This document shows, piece by piece, positions 20,101-24,588 of a DNA stretch of 24,588 nucleotides. Positions within the stretch are counted from its first letter, which is position 1, and each line of letters begins with the position of its first letter. A program made the position numbers and the translations under genes. The stretch is from the NCBI GenBank assembly GCA_000934665.2, contig JYFJ02001220.1, forward strand, positions 62,001 to 86,588, given 5' to 3'. The stretch comes from Catajapyx aquilonaris (taxonomy: Eukaryota). The notes under the pieces were generated by a model, which was not told where the DNA came from, did no database searches, and was given only the letters and a program-made list of their open reading frames with translations.

Positions 20101-21656
20101 TGTCGTCATCTCCTCTCCCATGTCGCCAAAGTGCTTGTAATTTTAACCATAGTTGGCGCACCATCACCTGAAACGCTGAAAAATAATGCCCCAGTTTTCG
20201 CAAAAGGCAATGACTGTAACCGGATCACAGATACTCTCTCTTATTATTCACGAGGGCACTATTTACCTCCGTTACAAGTTGCTTTTTCTTGTAACGTTCT
20301 GCGTTATGAGGGTAATTTTATTCTCAGTGTATGTAAAGCACGTCACCAACTTTGGGTCATAAGCACATTATTCCAACTCGCCTCCAGCAATACTCCTTGA
20401 CAACTTATAGCAACGAGATCTGCAACTGAATTGAGACTTAGCTGCAAGCTGTGAATAAAAGGTACAAAGGGCATATTTTTTGTGGGTATTAAAAACGAAC
20501 CTGCGCTGATGACGAAGGGCTAATGAAGGTATGCATTTCCATACAGTATAGTACAGTTTTTTTTGAAAGAGTCTGTGTAATAATTAAGGGCACTTGCAAT
20601 GATTAAAAATGTGGAAATTCAGCAAGTCAGGACTGAACATTGATTTTTATTTCATGCAATTTTTGTAATTCATGGCAGAATATTTTTCAGAGGCGATTCT
20701 TTCTCCTTCTTACATCATGTTTGAACAACTCGGCATGTTTCTTCCTTCCCCAACCTCGAATCTGATCCACGTGGGCCATGCAGATTTGATTACTTTCCTA
20801 ATAGCTTCTCTGGCGTGAGGGAGCGGCACTTTTTTTACGAGGTTACGTCACGCTATACACACAGAGAGAGAGAGAGCTAGGCCTTGTCCAGCACCTCCTC
20901 CTGCAGTCTTTAAAATGATGGTGGACCCGAAAGGGGCTGGCCTAAGACCCCGGAGGCCACCAGGGCACGCCTGACCTGCAATTGGCCCAAGAAACCTTGA
21001 TTTCCATGCAAATAGAAGAGGGGGGGGGGGGGACATCCGGTCCCCCCCACCACCTCTTTCCACAAAGGCTCTCTGGCCAAAAGCTCTTCTCTTCGTCTGC
21101 AATGGCCTCAGGCACACACCTCATCGATCGTCTTTTTGTCCGCCTTGGATTTTCTTCCTTTCTTTTCTCTTCAACACCAACTACACACCTTACTCTCACA
21201 CCCAACACTCACAGAAAAAAAAAACACTCTTTTGTTCCTATTCATGACACAACCTGGTTACAATTTACTCTGCAGTTATTTTTTTTGGACAGTCTTTCCG
21301 CATTTTTGCGCATTGTTATGTTTACCACAGTTGGAGTGTGCAGAAATGTACGCTTAGGATGCCGCAATAATTACTACAATGGAAGAGTTGGCCGAATAGC
21401 GCTGCTCCAGAGTTCAACGCAAAAAAAAAAAGCTAGAGTACGCGATTCATGATATTTTACACAGTTTTGCTAACATTTGCTCTTTTGTTGTGCCGGTTGG
21501 TGCCACCTATCGAATTCAAGGAAAGATAGTGCAATGTGGCAAACCTTTTAGTTCTATGCAACCCAATGGCATCAGCCCTATGCCAGTTTGGTTAAACCAC
21601 GTAATGACTTTAAAAAATTATTTAAACAAATTCTGCAGTTTGTTTGTAGATAATAT

Positions 21657-23615
21657 TCAGTTTTTAAGGTAGACCATGAATAATTCACATAGTAAAGAAA
21701 TGAAACCTAACCCCCACGAAAAAATAAACAGGAAGTAAATGGCACCCCTCAGCTGGAGGAAGTTCAAGGCCATCGATCGCTGATACTCGATGTCCTTCTG
21801 TCGAGAGTTTTTCACTCCCATCATCGTACAAGAGGAAATAAATGATTTGTAAAATCCGCGTTGGATTCCAGAATCTTGAACGTACGTCAGCATTCTGCTC
21901 AATATCGGTGTAAATAAGCTGTACTTCTCGATTGCGGCACCGGCTACAATGAATATGTCATTGTCGAGTGCAAATTTGGTGGGTATGTTTCCCGCCTTAT
22001 CGGAATACTGATAGGCTCCAGCAGCCAGAAAAGCTCTGATTGTTATGCAAGAGTGGTCCGAGTTTATGGCCGTCAAGATACAAGTATTTAGGTCGATGTG
22101 TTCTATCAAACTCTTTTTAATAGAAGAAAACGATTCCATATTATCAAGCACACCGTCAACGTATGGTTTCATAAACCCAACTGTCCCCCAGGTCCATTTG
22201 GTCCACTTGACATTGTCGCGAAAATATTCCGGCAACGCTTCCATTTGAGGCATGGCCAAAAAAGCAAAGTACAGGGCTTCGTAGCCACAAATTATTACCA
22301 GAGAAAACAACCACCAAAATGCGATGAAAATTCGGGCAGGTTGGCTGGTTGGAATCTGGTTCGGGTTTTCTTCGATCAAAGTGGAGACGAGATATCGAAG
22401 TGAGTAGAGGAACAACGAGGGGGGAGGGCGACCTGGAAAAGAACCTTTGAGGAGCGACGAACTGTGTCTCAAAATAAGGGTCAAAATTGCACTGCCACAC
22501 ACGGTTGCTACACATACACATGCCCACATCCCGGGAGTGTATGGCTTAACAATCGCTTTCCATGAATAACTAACTCGCGGGGCTCTGGTCATGAACGTGA
22601 AAGTGTCGTATAAATGGGGGTGGGGTACGTCTACGACTGATGGTATCCTCTCTTTGAACATAACCATGCCAAACACTGCCGATCTATTAAGGACATAACC
22701 AACAACACCAGTAAATGTTCCATCCGCCAGAGGTTCATCAGGAGCTACGCTTTCATGCATTGGAGGTTCTTCAAACGCCCAGTCAAAATTTAGGGAGTCA
22801 CTAATAGGGAGCCAGACCGAAATTTCAGCAAACATCGGCATGTTGGATTCAACAATGTACCTTAATTCGGATTTGCTTAATTCCAGCGGGATAGAAGCAT
22901 TGAGATACTTTCCATGCAGATTTCTGGAGAAATCCTGGAATATTTCCACACCTTCAGGTATGCCTAACCTGTATGCTCCATTTGTGACAGTTGCATGGTT
23001 GCCACCGTCGCAAAAGTGGCAGTTGCTGACCAGCTGCAGACTCCTGCTGTTGTTGCGGTATTCAACTCCGAGTGAGAAGAGGAACCTGTCGGCGATGGGA
23101 TGCAGGAGTGCTTCCCTGACGTCCCCTCCCTTGGTCCAGAAGATGAACCTGTCCCTGTTGGTCTTGATCCTGACCACTGAGGCCACGTGCCGGATGAATG
23201 GGTCCATCACCACCAGAGGAGTGCTGGTGTTGATCCCGAAGAGGAAGAGTCCGCAGAGGTGGAGGTGCTTGGCCGATGGTCTCTCCAGCCAGGAGAACCA
23301 GTACTCGAAAGGTGTGTTGGGTGGAGGGGCAGGGAGGGAGGGAGACCACCTGATGGACAGGGAAGGGGAAGTGGACTGGACTCTCTTCAGGAGGAGGGAC
23401 AGGCCTGGAGGATAAGGGGTCATCTGGTCATCTGTGGCCAGGATCAGCAGGCAGTCGGGGTTCGAAGTGTGGACCTGGAGCACAAAGGATGACACCAGGG
23501 ACGTCTCTTCATCTTCACCACCCAACCAATCGATCCCAACCTTCACTCCACTCGCATGCAAATCACCTTCCTGCACGCACAGTATGAGCAACAGCAGCAA
23601 CAGTGCACGTCCCAT
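21657..23615 (-). CDS. Divergent ionotropic receptor (IR; variant iGluR chemoreceptor), intronless, 652 aa
   Basis: Part of the uninterrupted 696-codon ORF. The first ATG (23615) opens a signal peptide MGRALLLLLLILC. Recognisable IR layout: IFQDFSRNLHG before S1; S1 DGTFTGVVGYV...ER...VD..P...DTFTFM...P; M1 IVKPYTPGMW...; pore loop STLIEE; RIFIAFWWLFSLVIICGYEALYFAFLAMP; S2 ...DSGI; last TM LNFLQLRGAIYFLFIFSWGLGFISLLCE. No specific orthologue is recognisable. Confidence 0.92.
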   Translation of the reverse strand: MGRALLLLLLILCVQEGDLHASGVKVGIDWLGGEDEETSLVSSFVLQVHTSNPDCLLILATDDQMTPYPPGLSLLLKRVQSTSPSLSIRWSPSLPAPPPNTPFEYWFSWLERPSAKHLHLCGLFLFGINTSTPLVVMDPFIRHVASVVRIKTNRDRFIFWTKGGDVREALLHPIADRFLFSLGVEYRNNSRSLQLVSNCHFCDGGNHATVTNGAYRLGIPEGVEIFQDFSRNLHGKYLNASIPLELSKSELRYIVESNMPMFAEISVWLPISDSLNFDWAFEEPPMHESVAPDEPLADGTFTGVVGYVLNRSAVFGMVMFKERIPSVVDVPHPHLYDTFTFMTRAPRVSYSWKAIVKPYTPGMWACVCVATVCGSAILTLILRHSSSLLKGSFPGRPPPSLFLYSLRYLVSTLIEENPNQIPTSQPARIFIAFWWLFSLVIICGYEALYFAFLAMPQMEALPEYFRDNVKWTKWTWGTVGFMKPYVDGVLDNMESFSSIKKSLIEHIDLNTCILTAINSDHSCITIRAFLAAGAYQYSDKAGNIPTKFALDNDIFIVAGAAIEKYSLFTPILSRMLTYVQDSGIQRGFYKSFISSCTMMGVKNSRQKDIEYQRSMALNFLQLRGAIYFLFIFSWGLGFISLLCELFMVYLKN

Positions 23616-23626
23616 GGTCCGAGTAT

Positions 23627-23661
23627 GACTGATGCACTTGAACTCTTTGCCATATGTTATA
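23627..23661 (-). promoter_or_regulatory. TATA box plus arthropod initiator of the IR gene
   Basis: On the - strand, TATAA starts at 23661 and TCAGTC has its A at 23630. The 31-nt spacing is canonical for TATA-Inr, and TCAGTC fits the Drosophila Inr TCAKTY. This leaves a 15-nt leader before ATG 23615. Confidence 0.65.
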
Positions 23662-24588
23662 AGTAGTCGATTTTCCACCCGCAAAATTTTTGAAATGTGC
23701 GTCGTGGCGGAACAACTACAAAAATTCCGAAGACAGGATTGCGTCACAATGCTGTTTAAGTACAGGGCATCTTGCAGATGGAAAGATAATTACACGACAT
23801 TAATGTAATCATAAAATCGCTAAAAAGATGCAGCTCAAAAATTGTAGGAGAAAATTGCTTGTCCTAGATTCGACAAGAAATAGGCCAGGGGTTCCCCAGG
23901 ATGACACCGAGCGTCGGTTTACTCGCAACTTCGACTTGTACAGACACAAAATAATATGAATCATGTTATTCATGTCGACAGGTATGGGGCCATTACTTGT
24001 CACAAAAATGGTTTAAGTAAATCGTTTACCATCATTATCTTACTACTCTTATTATTGTCAAGTAGGTCATGAATCCTGCGCATTGCTGCACGAAGAACAT
24101 CAGAATGACAAGCTAATCCATGCATACTATATAGGACACGAGTAACTCATGCAACGATCAACAATCTTGCATTAATAACAATTAAAAAATCAGACCAGTT
24201 TGTGTTATGTTTGATTAAAATATTATAAGTATTATTGGAACGTGCCGAAATTCCAATTTAATTCAGATTCATTCTGGGTCAAGTTCATGAGCCAACAATA
24301 ATTGTTGTCCACATTACCTTGCTTGGTAATCGCTTATAACGGCCCGTTAAACACGTTGGGCGCATGAGTTCCAATCGTTTTAACAATCTGGAAATTGGCC
24401 TGACCCTCCAAAATTGCCATCCTATATTTTGCCCTCGGTCCTTAATATTCCGGCATATTAATGTGGATTGCATGGCAGGGGGGGTGAGTAAGTGATTTGG
24501 CTCATTAGTATCCTCCAGCAAACAGGACAAAGACAAAGAAAAATTATGTATACAAGTCCAATGAAAGCAGAACATAAATGAGAAAAGT

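Noticed and set aside
19557..20171. 204-aa plus-strand ORF
   Set aside because: It stays open because of purine-rich then pyrimidine-rich low-complexity tracts (K/E/R then F/S/P runs) and is not protein-like.
20848..21452. ORFs of 73-156 aa downstream of the IR
   Set aside because: They are built on G-runs, A-runs and microsatellites, with no homology cues.
24285..24575. 96-aa minus-strand ORF near the window end
   Set aside because: Non-ATG start and no recognisable family. An exon of a gene outside the window cannot be excluded, but it is unsupported.
1..24588. Prokaryotic systems (CRISPR array, operons, defence islands)
   Set aside because: The window has spliceosomal introns, a SINE and low coding density. 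No regularly spaced repeat-spacer array was seen.

Overview
Eukaryotic genomic DNA, most likely arthropod (intronless divergent ionotropic receptor, DUF4789-like gene, TATA plus TCAGT initiator, many 60-90 nt introns); the species cannot be determined from the sequence. I reconstructed five protein-coding genes by hand from splice signals and reading-frame continuity. Three are divergent + strand tandem paralogs (A 2702-4844, C 11838-13950, D 16459-17160) of a helical, signal-peptide-bearing DUF19-like family. They share exactly 12 aligned cysteines and three intron positions. A and C end in hydrophobic anchor tails, while D is a shortened, apparently soluble form. The other two genes are a two-exon secreted DUF4789-like Cys-rich gene (B 5069-7627) and a single-exon divergent ionotropic receptor (23615-21657, - strand) with a sharp internal codon-usage break. 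Non-coding features include a tRNA-Arg-like SINE with a perfect 12-bp target-site duplication, a probable non-autonomous Helitron, a degenerate foldback element, a ~110-bp direct repeat pair and an orphan promoter-like motif cluster. Most other ORFs in the supplied track are shadow or random ORFs. Family names come from recalled motif patterns, not database searches.
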